Shown here piece after piece: positions 50,148 to 62,509 of a DNA stretch of 64,000 nucleotides. The stretch is taken from positions 1-64,000 of the forward strand of contig BAAIJX010000015.1 in the NCBI GenBank assembly GCA_054600435.1, given 5' to 3'. The notes under the pieces were generated by a model. The model saw only the letters and a list, made by a program, of their open reading frames with translations. It was not told the DNA's origin and did not search any database. This DNA comes from Neophaeotheca triangularis. Its lineage: Eukaryota. The first letter of the stretch is position 1. The number at the start of each line of letters is the position of its first letter. The position numbers and the translations under genes were made by a program.

Positions 50148-50965
50148 TGCAAGGCGGTTGATTGAGACGGCCTTCAACGGCGAGGGGGGAAGATATGAGG
50201 CTGCTGAAGTAGAGAAATTCGAGATGTTTAACATTTTGAGCAAGTGGGAATGCTTTTCCAAGAGGCCATATCAAGATAAGGATGGGAAGGGACATGATAA
50301 AGCAGGCACGCAAGTAGTATGACGCCCAAGATGATATGCATACCTTACCAACTGCCCGAATAGGAAGGCATCTTGAAGCTCATGTGGATTAGATTGAGAG
50401 CTGCTTCTTCCGGAAATGGAGGTCGGCCCTCCCGGCAGCTCTTCCACTCTTGCATCTTGATCCGCAGAGATGCTGATCAGTCGCTTGCCCCCTCAACTCA
50501 ACACAATCGGATCGTGGTAAGCAAACATCGTGCTTAGACGCTGTGGACTGCTTTACTATAATTCGGCGGGCTGATGCTGTAGTAGTGTCGACAGTGATGC
50601 CTGCAGTGATTAATTCTAAGCCATAGGGTTAGTCTTTGAGTAGTCCTGGCACCCTTGAATACCGACACGACCGCGAGGTCGAGACGAAGAATTTCTTTGC
50701 GAATCTCGACAACGAGCGCTTGAGGCGAAACTTACTGCTTATAATATTGCAGCGGAGCTGGTCTTGCTCAGGGACACGCAAGCCCTTCGTTACCGCCAGA
50801 GGCATCGGTACAGATGCGTGAGAACTGCCATTCAGCTCATGACCCCTCTGAGCATGAAGCCACGAGCATGGTTTCAGCACCCAGTCGACTGAGATCGCCA
50901 CAACTTGCATAAAACTGCTGATCACTCTATTCGTTCATCTATCGACCAACCCAACTACATGTACA

Positions 50966-52502
50966 TCACCCAAGCAAACCACCCAACAGCCCCTTGCTCG
51001 GCGGCTTATACCCCTTATACTGCTGCGTAAACCCAGGGAACTGCTCGAACTGCTTCATATCCACCTCCGTCAACTGCGGACAGCCCAAAATCCCCGTCGC
51101 ATCGCCAAAAGCCTTGTTAATCATATCAGTCGCGGGCTTGATAGTCGTATACAGCCCGGCCAAAATATCCGGCGTCATCTGTAGCGCAAACTGCATCCCG
51201 TAGCAGAAGAGATTGTTCCCCTCAAGCAGGTTGTCAAAGGAGTAGACGCTGCTCGTCAAGTTGTCCGGGCTGATCCCTACGAAAGAGTTGGTCTTGCCAG
51301 TGTTGCCGCCGAAATTCGCGAATTGCAGGTTCTGCACCGTCATGAGGTTGCTGTCGGCCGCAATGTAAGGGAGCGTGTACTGGTCCAGGACGTTGCGGGT
51401 ATACCAGTTTTCTGGGATGCGCTCGTGGCCTGGTGTGTAGGTGAAATCGCCATCGTCGCCCGTGATGGCGTAGAAGCTCTTGAGGTTGAAGCCGTCGAGG
51501 CGGCCTTCGGGGTATTCGGAGGATTTGTTGGCCATGAAGCGGTAGACGAAGGCCCAGGCCGCTGGTTGTGCGATGAAGCCGCTGAAGGGCGCATTGAAGA
51601 AGTAGGGGTTGTTGTCGATGCCTTCTTGGAAGCGCTCGACGCGGTATCTGATGAGGAGTGGGAGGTCGTAATTGTCCTCCGCTGTTTGTGCGAGGGTTAG
51701 CCGAGAGGTTTTTCGAGGTTGAAGGAGTGATCAAGGTGGAACCTACCTTTACCCAGGTCGTACAAACGCTGGAATTGATTCAATTGCAACTCATAAGCGT
51801 TGCCGTACTGGTATAAGTCGCCCCTCGTCGGCGAACCATCGCCTTCGTACTTGTTGTGCGAACCGCTAATGCCTTGGGGTGTCCCAAGAAGGCTGAGAAG
51901 CCCACCAACACGGCCATCGGGGCCGCCAATTGACCACTTTGTGAGATCGCCGTCGAAGACCGCACCGTAGATGGCGAGGAAGGCACCGAGATCTGGCCCC
52001 ATGCCGAAGACTGCGGAGATGCCAATCAGCTTCCACTTCTGCCATTTCGAGGGGAGAGGGACCGACCTTTGTTGGTACCAGTGACGAATTGATCAATCGT
52101 TGCGATACCATTGTGCGGAAGGTAGCCGTGGTTTGCCATTGCCTAAACAACACTGTCAGCTCTGGTCAACGACCCGATTGGCCCTTTTGATACTAACGTT
52201 CAAACCTGGCAAAAGCCATCAGCAAATGTGTACGTCGTCCGAGATTCACCATGATAGAACTTACCAGGGCAAGGCCCACGCTGATCGTTGGGTCCTGGAG
52301 GCACAAACGCATGCTCCCCAGTGACATCGACAAGCTGTGATTCCGCATCGAAAGGGACGATTTTGTTTGCAATTGGCACGGTGGGCTCGATTTGCCGCCG
52401 AGGCAGGGTCTCCTTACCCTCAGTGGTAGACTGCTCCATCATGGCAGGAAATGCCGCTGCCACGCTCGACAGGGCGATATGAAGGGCGATAGACGACTTC
52501 AT
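50966..52502 (-). CDS. Secreted heme-thiolate peroxidase / unspecific peroxygenase (long-type, EGD motif), 5 exons
   Basis: Signal peptide, DQRGPCP|GLN|AMANHGYLPHNG, SHNKYEGDGSPTRGD and GHERIPENWY. Introns 52206-52264, 52143-52197, 52011-52066 and 51682-51746. Confidence 0.92.
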
Positions 52503-53887
52503 AATTACAGATGTGGTGAGTGTAGCTGGGTAAATTAAATTCCACTTGGCGGCCAAAATTAGAAGAGGGAGTTCGACCTTTACATACGACTGCTCCTACC
52601 GTTCTTGTTAAAGGTCTTGTACGAATGTGGCTGCGGGCTCAAGGCCGTCCATTGCGGGGGAAGAATGCGCTACCGCTGGACTACTGTAGGCCATTGAGTT
52701 GCAGCAGTTAATAGCTGCATGCGGATGTGAAAGGCGAAGTCAAAACCTGCCAAGGTTTCGAGAGAGCACAAGATGGGAGGGAGGTAGAGGACCAAGCCAC
52801 TGACAGTAGTAAAATCAACCCAGCTTCCGGCTGACAGCTTACGCAGTGGTAGATAGTAATGCCAAGAACTGGGTTGATTTTACTGTCAGTGGCTTGAGGA
52901 CCAACCAGCAAGTGAAGCTACCTACCTACAAGATCGGCAAAGTCGTCGACAACACTGGGAGAGTATGCACCAAGTTAGTCTACACAACAGTGCTACCTAC
53001 ACCGCCACGACTGCTGGAATGGCACCTGCGAGTGGGGTAGAGCAAGGCTGATGTAATTGGGTACTCTCCCGTCGGAGATAGTGTCAAAAAGGCCATGAAG
53101 TATCACAAAGGCCATGAAGTGTTATTTCTTGAGCCGTGCCGATAATTGCTTGTGACATAGTTCTTCGTTCGAAGAGTCTAGGACATCCTTGATTGATAAC
53201 TACAGGTTTCTTGTGCCAGTCTTCGTGATGATGTCGATGCTCCTGGCTCTGGTGAGGGAGGCTCGACCGTGGTCTTGAACTTCGTTCTGCTGTACAAGTC
53301 GCACAATGGAAGTCGGAGCGCCCATTAATCAATGGCGTAAACTAGGCGGATGGGCTTTGTCACGCCACGCCTGCTAGGATGCTTCGTTTGTCGAAAACGA
53401 CTCAGCCGGCAATAAGGAGACAAGCTTGGAAGTCAGATGATGAGGTGGAGGCATGTGGAGGCGTCGCAGTCGATATAGAGTTTTACCAAAAAGCCACTCT
53501 TGGTGATGATCGGCATTCGAGCTATCAAGCTTTTCAAGCTTAACAATAATAACAGGGCACTGGAGCAGCCCCACAAAGCCCCAGGGTCCACCTTTTGCAG
53601 TGGGGTAAGGTTGATGACAGGGAGTGGAGTCTCAACCTCGGTGCCAGTGGAGTGTTTTGTCCGTAGCTCGATGCTCCAGCGCCGTGGAAACAAGTGGAAC
53701 GAATAGCAAGTTTTCAAATTGTCAGACCAAACATGACACTTCACACCGATCTTGAGCCGACGTTCGGTGTTTGATGGCTGGTTGCGGCGCCTTAGCCGAC
53801 CTCGAACAGAGCACGGTCAAAGCATTATTCTCATCTCGACCACTCTGATGTGGATCTGTGGCATTCGGGTGCACGGAAGTTCTGGGA

Positions 53888-55679
53888 TCAGTCCACTTTC
53901 TTGTAGTGGATGTCGTAAAGCCATCGTTCCCCGTCTGCCAAACCGCCTTGCTGCGACGACGCTGACCACTTCTCGATGGACCAGCCCAAGGAAGGCAGAG
54001 CCACGACGCGCTCACAAGTTTCCTCGGAAGCTAGTGTCCGAGTCTGGACTAGAGCGGGTAAAGTGAAGCGTAACTTGCCAGGCGCCCTGCGCAAAGAGCG
54101 TTTGAGCTTCTCCATCGAAGCGCGTGGTAGCTCTTCGTGAAGACTTGCCAGGTCTGTGGGGACGAGAAATCGTACCAAAACGCTTCCAACTTGCTGGCCT
54201 TCTGGCCGTCGTGGAGGTTGAACCCGGATCCAGAAGCGGCCGTCCCAGAGTCGCCAGTCTGTCCATCGACGTTCAGAGGTTGTTGTATCATGAGGTGTCG
54301 AATCGAGCATTGTTTCGGCGCTGCGCTGTTTGTCAAGTGCTGTCGGTGGGACTCGCGATAGCGTGTATGATGTCTGGCATTCATGTTTGTGTACATTGAT
54401 GTCTCGTGCTATGACAACGCCTGCAACTGAAGGTCCTATCAGCTGCGGCTGTTGTCGTTGAGTGCTGTCAGAAACATGCGCCTCTCCAAGCAAGAACTCG
54501 ACCTGAGGCAGCAGATCCTGCAGCGGCTGCGACTCTGCCGGAGAGACCAGCCTGGCAAGCCGTCGAAGCACCAAAGCTACCAGCCCACGAGTCGCTGATG
54601 CATCTGAGGGCAACTCCAGTGCCTCTAGATGGAATGTGAATGTTGCCTTCCCGATGCGTGGATCCAGAGAAACGCTCAGTTTTTCGACAACCTGCTGCGC
54701 GTCAGTCTCTCTTTGTCGCTCTCTATTGTCGACGCAGGAAGCTAGCTGCAACAGCCTCGAAGTGCGTAGAGCGCTAGGCAGCTGATCGCTCTGCTGCAGG
54801 TACCGTACAGTGTTCCTTAAAGTCAGCGTCCGATCAGCGTTCGTGTGATCCTCGAACCACCGTACTCTGTTCTCAACACAGGTCGCAACAAGCGCTGCTT
54901 TGGTGTACTGAAGGAGCGGCCGGTGCATGGCAATGCCCCCATGTTCCGTCTGCAGTCCACCTACAGGCCGCGTGAAGTGAGTGGGCTGACTTGCGAATGC
55001 GTTGCGTGGCCGTCCAGACTCGAACAGCCCGTAGAAGCCATTGCATTCGGGCAATACGGCCTCTGCTCTCATGCCGCGGAGGCCGGTCCCGAGGTACTTG
55101 CTGAGCATTCGCACCATCACAGTCTCAGCTTGGTCGTCCGCGTGATGCGCCACCAGCAGTGAATCCACGTCGGCATCAACACACGCCGTCCCTATGGCGC
55201 GGTATCGGAGGTTGCGAGCCACGGATTCGAAGTTGGAGAGAGCAGCAGGGTCGCCGTGACCTCGCCAGCCCAGCTTCAAAACGCGGGCACCCAGACCTGC
55301 AACTGGTAAGCGCGCATTCGTGAAAGAGCAAGCGGAAATGGCGATTTAGTACGTAGTCTACGAAGCTCTCGCGCAACCTCTTCCGCCTCACTGCTGCTGT
55401 TGTCGCGAAGGCCGTGGTCCACGATGAAACCAATGACTTCAGGCCGAGGCCATGTGCTTGATTTCCACGAAGCACACAGGCTGGCCAACGCCATCGAGTC
55501 TACACCACCGCTGATGGCAAGGCCTAGCAATAAGTCAGCATTGACGATCGCGCCGCGAATAGAGCTGACCTACCAATTGCGCGGCCTCGTGAGCGCCGCC
55601 ATATCCGATCGAGGCTCTCGCGGAAGGCACTCAATCTGATACTGCTACCCTGTAGAGGCTGCAGGGGTCCTGGCGACAT
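53888..55679 (-). CDS. PP-loop ATPase, tRNA(Ile)-lysidine synthetase (TilS)-like, 3 exons
   Basis: GLAISGGVDSMAL, VDHGLRDNSSSEA, ESVARNLRY, AHHADDQAETV, RPLL and EDHTN..TLRNTVR. Confidence 0.88.
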
Positions 55680-56171
55680 GCAAGAATGATTATTGTTGTG
55701 TAGTACGTAAGGTACAGTAGTTGCGTGTAACTAGTTGGAGAAGTCGTTTGTAAGCCAAGCAGAAGCATCGCTCGGGCTGGCTGGGACTTTGCCGACGAAA
55801 GCATCAAAATTCGAGGTAAAACATCTCTAAATGAACGGTTCGAAGCTCAACCTTCATGTGAGGTAAAACTGGGTGCAAAATCAGAAAACATAGCAAATAT
55901 TCCGATGCTATCTACATAACTCACGATGAGAAAAAGAAAGGAGCTAATGCTGAAGACACAAGGCAAACATGGTAAATGGCAATGCTTCGCATTTTACACT
56001 GCAGAATCTAAGCGGTAGTAAGAATCTATTTGGTTCCATCTATAATCCTGCCAATAAATCCTCCCAATCCATCGACTTCCATCGATCTCTCATTCTTGCG
56101 ACCAGGTCAAAAGATCATGATAGTTTCTGACAACGTGGGAGAAAATTTCCGAGAAAATTATCTACATCACT

Positions 56172-57434
56172 CTAGGTCAAAGGGATAGGGCAACCCAAGT
56201 TGGAGAAGTCCGTGCCGGAAAGCTTGGTAGTGATGAAAGAAAGCGCATCAACAGTAGGAGTGATAATGCTGTTGGCATAGCCGGGAATCTGGCCGAAGGC
56301 GAGCTGGTAGAGCAGGCAAACGGAGTCCTGGGGGTCAACGCTCGGTGAGATGACGCCGTTCTGGATGAGGTTGTACGAGCCAATGGCGTTGAAAGTACCG
56401 TCGTCGGTGTTGCCACCGAACTGGACGGGGTTCTCAAGGTACATGGTCAAGATCTCCCTGGTCACATCGTTGTTGGAGTAGGGAGTAGCACGAGTGGTCC
56501 AGTCGTCAGGGATGCGCTCGCCAATGAATTGCCAGTTGCCGTTCGCATCCTTTTCAGTGCCGAAGAAGGCTGAAATGTCCTGAAGGACGGGCTCGTAGTT
56601 TCGGGTACCGGAAGGCATCAGCTCGTAAAGGAAAGAAGCAGCTCCGTACAACAGCAGTGTAAGAGGGCCAAAGAAGAAGTTGGGATTTTCAGCTTGCGAC
56701 TGCATCCAACGCTGCTCGCGGTACTTCGACAAGTTCTCGCGGTTGAAGTAGCTGTCACAAGTCTCGTCCATCATGCCGAACAGGGTGCCGTTGAAGCTGA
56801 AGTTGTCACCGTCGTTGGTGAAAAAGTCGTTACGGGTCAATGATGAGTCGGCCTCGAACTTATTGTGACCGTTGAGGCCGGGCTCGCTGCCGGTGAGGGC
56901 AGGGCTGAAGGAAGTCCTAGACGTAGCATCACATCCGATGGACAACTTTTCGGTGACAATGTCACCGTCGGTCAGAGTCAAACCAAGAAGGGCCAGAAGG
57001 ATGGACAAGTCGTAGTCGACGTTGTAAACGTTTTGCTGAGCGTCGACAAGCTCGTTGAAGGTCGTGATACCGTCGTGGGCCAAAAAGTTGTGGTTGGCTG
57101 CGGCGTTCAAGCCAGGGCAAGGACCACGAATGTCAGTGTCCGGGTTGGCCGGAACGTACTGATGGGCCTCATCGTTCGGGTCAGGGACGAGGATGCCACC
57201 CTGACGATTGCCGGGCAGACCGTTCTTAGCATTGTTGTAGGGAAACTCGTCTGTAACCGGGGCAGCAGGCTGGTGATTGGCGTTGAATGGGCACTTGGCG
57301 GGGTCAGCGGCGGTGCCGCTGCCGCCAGGCTGTTGCCTTCGATGGAGGGAATTGTCAACGCCCCTTTGCTTTGCAACATAGGGAAAGGCACTAACGCCAG
57401 AGGCGAGCAGGGATAGTGCGACAACGTTTTTCAT
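56172..57434 (-). CDS. Second secreted heme-thiolate peroxidase / peroxygenase (EAD motif), intronless
   Basis: Signal peptide MKNVVALSLLASGVSA, DIRGPCPGLNAAANHNFL, HNKFEADSSLTRND and GERIPDDW. Confidence 0.93.
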   Translation of the reverse strand: MKNVVALSLLASGVSAFPYVAKQRGVDNSLHRRQQPGGSGTAADPAKCPFNANHQPAAPVTDEFPYNNAKNGLPGNRQGGILVPDPNDEAHQYVPANPDTDIRGPCPGLNAAANHNFLAHDGITTFNELVDAQQNVYNVDYDLSILLALLGLTLTDGDIVTEKLSIGCDATSRTSFSPALTGSEPGLNGHNKFEADSSLTRNDFFTNDGDNFSFNGTLFGMMDETCDSYFNRENLSKYREQRWMQSQAENPNFFFGPLTLLLYGAASFLYELMPSGTRNYEPVLQDISAFFGTEKDANGNWQFIGERIPDDWTTRATPYSNNDVTREILTMYLENPVQFGGNTDDGTFNAIGSYNLIQNGVISPSVDPQDSVCLLYQLAFGQIPGYANSIITPTVDALSFITTKLSGTDFSNLGCPIPLT

Positions 57435-59650
57435 GTTTGCGAAATTATAGTTGATATGAGAGTGGAAAATGTGCTTGGAGCTGGAATCTATTGGGTCGTG
57501 GCATAGCGGGAGGGGATCTCCTTATTATAATCATTCGAAAGTACAATGGTCGTTTCAACCTTCCAAATCGAATCGATTATTTGCCCCGAGGCAAAACGCT
57601 CTGAATCCAATATCTCCGCAGTCATGGTGATCGTAATTATTGACACTCTCCACTGTATACTTCTAGCAGCGACTGTATGAGGGGTCATGGAGAAAGTTTC
57701 TCGCCCCTTGCAGGTGCTGTTGGTTGCTTGACGTTACATCGGTGGCCCGATGACCGCGAATCGCATGGCTGCTGATTGGGACGGCACATCGACCGTAGCG
57801 TAGGCTTGAAGCTTGTTGTGCTAATTTCCGCCTCTGCGCAAACCTGTGGTGGAAACCGTGATGAGTGATGACCTATTGGGCTTTCCTGAGGGGGGAGCCT
57901 CGGTGATTTCGGACCCAAAGATGGGGTAACTGATGATCGACAGCAGGACCAAGCCACTAAACCAAGCTTGTCGTGGAAGTAGGTGCGGTTGGCGAATCAA
58001 GGTTTGCGGGCTGATCGACGCTCGGTCTCCACAAACTACCCTACTGCCCTGGTGGAAGACGTTTCGCCGCCCCCAACTTGGACCATGTACTGTCATGCCA
58101 TCAGTGCTTCTCCGGTTTACAGGGGCTCGCCAACTACCAGATACCGTCGGAATCGTTATTCCCGATATCAAATGACCATGTATTGATATAGAAGGAGTTC
58201 TCTAAACGTTAGTCGTTCCCGGTGTGTTTCACGCGCGTGCTATGCTCAGCATTTTATCGAAGTTTCCATGAGTACTTTCTTCTAGTAGTTGCTAGGTAAT
58301 GCTGGTCTCCAGCGGGCACTGCGACGTTGCTCTTGACATACGCACATGGGCCTTCTCGAGGTTGTCTTCGCCAATGATCGCGACGAACATTATTGTACCC
58401 TGTTGCTGCAAAAGCGCCCGGGGACGGTGGCGTATCTCGGCGAAAACACTGGCGTTGGCCAAGAAACCTGGAGAATGTGCACTGACACCTGGGCGCACGG
58501 CGCCTTCCGTAATGTGGACTGCGGAGGCAGAAACACATCGATAGGGGTCTGTTCGGCAGAACACGCATTGCGTAAAGCAGGTCGATGTACTTTCAGAGGC
58601 AGCCGTGGGCAGCCAGCCAGAGAGCGCGAACAGTTTGTCGAACCGAGGCCACAGTCGAAGAAAATCAGGTATTTGCACCATTGTGAACTTACAGACCCCA
58701 GTTGGGACAGGAGATTCCCGGATGACGACGATGAAACTTGCGGGGAGCTTGCAGTTCCGCCGTCGAGGAGGTCCGAATAGTACACAGTACGGTAGTACCG
58801 CATGGGACCGGGTGGGCAAGCCGCAAGAAAGATGTCATATCGTAACGTTGTCACATAGGCTCAGAAGCTGAGAAACGTGCCGCAGTACTCATCGTCCTCG
58901 TGGCCGGCGATCGTAAAACCAACCAGGGCCTCGTGTCAAGGGATCAGTAAGCACAATTGCACGCAGTGTGACTGGTGAAAATCAACGACATGTCTTGGTT
59001 GCCAGTGTTGGAGCTCGAAAGGATCAGCGATTCGCGACTTTGATCCGTAGTGGGCTCTTTCAATCCCAATACGACATGCAGCACTATTGCATGACAAGTA
59101 CGATGCTTCTGTAGCGCTAATGGAAGCGGAACCTCACTGCTCAATGTCGGGGGAGAGCAGTTGAAGTAAACCAGACGAAGCCGATGTTAGAATTTGAGAA
59201 GCGTTGCGCGATGACACGTTACTCAAGCGTACCTTTCTCCTGGCTCGTCGAGACACTACTACTGTAAGATCTTGGATCGCAGTTTGCAAGCCGAGGCTCA
59301 CCGTCAGCACAAAATTCCGCAGTCGAACGAGCAGATGGGAAAGCCGACGAGCCTCGAGCCTTCGCAGCGAACACACTCCAAGCAATGTGGGGAACTTTTA
59401 GACCGCGAAGTGCTTTTGGCCGAGAACCGTGAGTCTGTGATACCAAATAGCATCTGACGCGATGGGACTATTATGTTTCGATGGCACGGAAGATACATCG
59501 TCGACTCTACCGGCTTAGTGGTAGTTTCTGTCCATGAAGCAAGACGTAAACGACCCCTTTCCCCCTACAGTTGTTTCGAGAGAAAGTTCTCGGAATTCAC
59601 CAGCGAGGCATCACAAGCTACAGCGACCAAGGGTAGGCGATCTGACTGGC

Positions 59651-61807
59651 TCAACACCTTTCGAACACTCGGTATAAGCCCTTTAGGTTGGCGACCTCGA
59701 TCGTCCCTCGCAGCAGACTTTGAGTAGCAACGAGTCTCGACTTGACCGCTGGGAACAGCACGTCTTCGACTACACGGTGCAGATGCCTCTTCCGCTCAAG
59801 TGTCTCAGAAGCATCCTCGGTGCTGGCTTCATCCGCGTGTGATGTCGCTTCCGGCACATGAAAGTTAGCCAACTCGGTGAGAAAACTCTGAAAGCAGGCC
59901 TTCTCATCTTGCCAATCCACATGCGGGCCTAGGCGCAATAAAAAGTTTGGCAGTTTGGCCATGGAAGGCATGTACCCTTTCATCATCAGAGGCATGCCAA
60001 GCAGGTCACCTTCCTCGGACAGCTCCAGGGAGAAGTATTCGGCCAACATGTCCCGACGTTCGAGCAGCTGAGCTTCTACACTTTGCACCACCTCAGTCCA
60101 GTCGGCCTCCATCATTTCAGGCTCAAGAGACTTGATCTGTGATGCACCCACTTCCAAGAGACGACTGAGGGATAAAGGTGGATTGAATCGGATGGTCCCG
60201 AAATTGCCAAAATCTGTCAGGCCAAGCTGGTAGAAGTGCTCGGCAGCAAGCATGCCGTAATCTACAAGGAACAGTTTCACGCCACCTTGTATGGCGGCGA
60301 TACGCTTGCGATAATCGACAATGCCAATGAATGCATGGTTGGCGAATACATCATTTAGTTCGTTATGCATGTTCTCACGCACTTGGGCGCGTAGCTCCTT
60401 GATTGTGGTAAGCCGACAGACGGTGGCTTCCTTGTCGGTATGTTCGTATTGCAGCTCGCCAGCGGCAGGTCCTCGCGACGGCGATGACGCGCGTTGAGCT
60501 TGCGGTAGCATGGTTGTGATCTTGCGGGTCTTCGCATCGGTGCGAACAAGACTGTTCTCATATGGCTTCTGTATGACCGTCCTCTGAGCGCTTTGCGTTG
60601 GGTGGTGCGCTGCTGGACTGTCCTCGGTCGTGGATCCTTCCTTGGAGATTGTCAGGACCTTCCCTCCACCAATAAGGCTTTGCGTCATGAAGGTCCTGCT
60701 AGTATCAACCTTACCCAACTGAGTGCGGATAGACTCGCAGATGGACTCGACAATCTCTTCTTCATTCAGGAAGTTGACCTCACGCTTGGTAGGATGAACA
60801 TTGACATCGACCCGGGACGGATCAATCTCGAGGCTCAGGTACACAAATGGTTTACCTCCTTTTGGGAGGAAGGTCGAGTACGTCTGTTCGATAGAGCGCT
60901 TGATTGCAGACGAGTCGACAGATCGGTGGTTGATGAAGAGCAGCAAGGTGGTCTTCTTCCCGTTGTAGTTGGCGTTGCTCACGAGACCGTCAGCCCTGAG
61001 CCCATATTGCTGGTTCGTAACGTCGAGATCCAGTAATTCGTTGGAGATGGCACTGCTGTGCACCATGCGGATACGATCTCGTACTGTAGCGTTGGCAGGG
61101 ACTGCAACACCGGCGCCGGCCTCGCCGTGCTTTTTACAGGAGAAAGCAACGCCTTTGCAATGCACGGCATAGCGGCCAACTTGGTCTGCGATCTTGGCGT
61201 ACTCTTCGCTCGCGCTCCGAAACGCCCTTCTTCTGGTTGGCACGTTGTAGAATAGGTCTTCCACAGCGATTTGAGTACCTTGCCGGCCGGCACACGCCTT
61301 GGGATCAGGACTCTGGCCAGGTTTTGCAGGTGCAAGCTTTCCTCCCGCATAGTGAGCTTTCCAGGCGCAACTCGACTCGGCGGTCTTGGTTGTCACGGCA
61401 AGGTGCGCAATATGACTGATGCTGGCCAAGGCCTCGCCACGAAATCCATATGACTGTATCGATGTCAAGTCCTCAAAGGCCTTCAATTTGGAAGTTGTGA
61501 ACCGTTCACATAGGATGGGTAGGTCATCTTTGTCGATGCCGCATCCGTTGTCCGTAATTTGCAGGAGTTTGAGGCCGCCGTCTTTGACCAGGATCTCGAG
61601 GCTTGTAGCGCCTGCATCAACAGCGTTTTCGATGAGTTCCTTGAGGGCATGCACAGGTGCGACAATAATCTCGCCAGCTGCAATCTTGTTGACGACGTCT
61701 TCGTGCAATGCACGTATGCGACGCGGTGCCTCTATCTGATCGGCTTTCCGCTTGGTGCCCCGTGGTGGCGATGAGGACTCCATTGAGTTGTCCGAGTCGC
61801 TTCCCAT
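59651..61807 (-). CDS. MLH1: DNA mismatch repair protein Mlh1
   Basis: VVNKIAAGEII, ALKELIENAVDA, TTSKL, YGFRGEALASIS, DVNVHPTKREV and C-terminal LYRVFERC*. Confidence 0.97.
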   Translation of the reverse strand: MGSDSDNSMESSSPPRGTKRKADQIEAPRRIRALHEDVVNKIAAGEIIVAPVHALKELIENAVDAGATSLEILVKDGGLKLLQITDNGCGIDKDDLPILCERFTTSKLKAFEDLTSIQSYGFRGEALASISHIAHLAVTTKTAESSCAWKAHYAGGKLAPAKPGQSPDPKACAGRQGTQIAVEDLFYNVPTRRRAFRSASEEYAKIADQVGRYAVHCKGVAFSCKKHGEAGAGVAVPANATVRDRIRMVHSSAISNELLDLDVTNQQYGLRADGLVSNANYNGKKTTLLLFINHRSVDSSAIKRSIEQTYSTFLPKGGKPFVYLSLEIDPSRVDVNVHPTKREVNFLNEEEIVESICESIRTQLGKVDTSRTFMTQSLIGGGKVLTISKEGSTTEDSPAAHHPTQSAQRTVIQKPYENSLVRTDAKTRKITTMLPQAQRASSPSRGPAAGELQYEHTDKEATVCRLTTIKELRAQVRENMHNELNDVFANHAFIGIVDYRKRIAAIQGGVKLFLVDYGMLAAEHFYQLGLTDFGNFGTIRFNPPLSLSRLLEVGASQIKSLEPEMMEADWTEVVQSVEAQLLERRDMLAEYFSLELSEEGDLLGMPLMMKGYMPSMAKLPNFLLRLGPHVDWQDEKACFQSFLTELANFHVPEATSHADEASTEDASETLERKRHLHRVVEDVLFPAVKSRLVATQSLLRGTIEVANLKGLYRVFERC

Positions 61808-62509
61808 GCCGGACTATCAGCGAGAGGGAACGGCCGTCAATGCAAGTCTTTGTACTGGTTGCTTGGTGATAGGTATGAGGCAAGGTACAATAATTGGGAA
61901 GTGCATGGTCACTCTAGGTGTGCCAGGTCGTGGTAGGTGGAAGGCAACCGCGTCGCGCTAGTCCCATTCTGGACGTTATAACTTACATTAAGTGCATCAA
62001 ACCTTCGTGAGCTACATGAAAGCATATATACATAATGATAGTTGCATGCTTGACACAACAGAAAACAAGGTCTTTTAGAGGTTTTCAATGTGTAACCAGC
62101 AGTAATGTGTCGGTCAGATTATTAGTGCACCAACCGTGAAGCCTTACCACTAGGTATATCAATCACTTCGGGGACTACTGTGGAACGCCTTGAGCCGTCT
62201 TTTTCACTACAAATCATATTTCGCCCATAGAGTTACATCTGTCTAGGCTACAGGATGCGTAGGACCCGAGCAAAGATAGACAACTCAATGTTCCCTCCGA
62301 GTTTTATCTGTAGGAGTTGAGCCTTGAAAAGGGTGATGTTGTTTTCTCTACATTTCTGAAGCATGTGTCGTCGTAAACCTTGGGTATCGTAAACCACCGT
62401 GACCTCTGTGAAAACGCCGTATCCGGATACCTTTCCTTCCCAGGAACCGTTCCGCATGCCTCTCCAGCTCCAGAATGCATGCGAGCCGTCAATTATTCCT
62501 CGCCCTCGC

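Noticed and set aside
57500..59640. Overlapping 100-175 aa ORFs between the second peroxygenase and MLH1
   Set aside because: No motifs or consistent splice structure recognised; a decayed gene cannot be excluded without BLASTX.
29046..61807. HEI10 and MLH1 as a meiotic crossover gene cluster
   Set aside because: About 30 kb and many unrelated genes apart; coincidence is sufficient.
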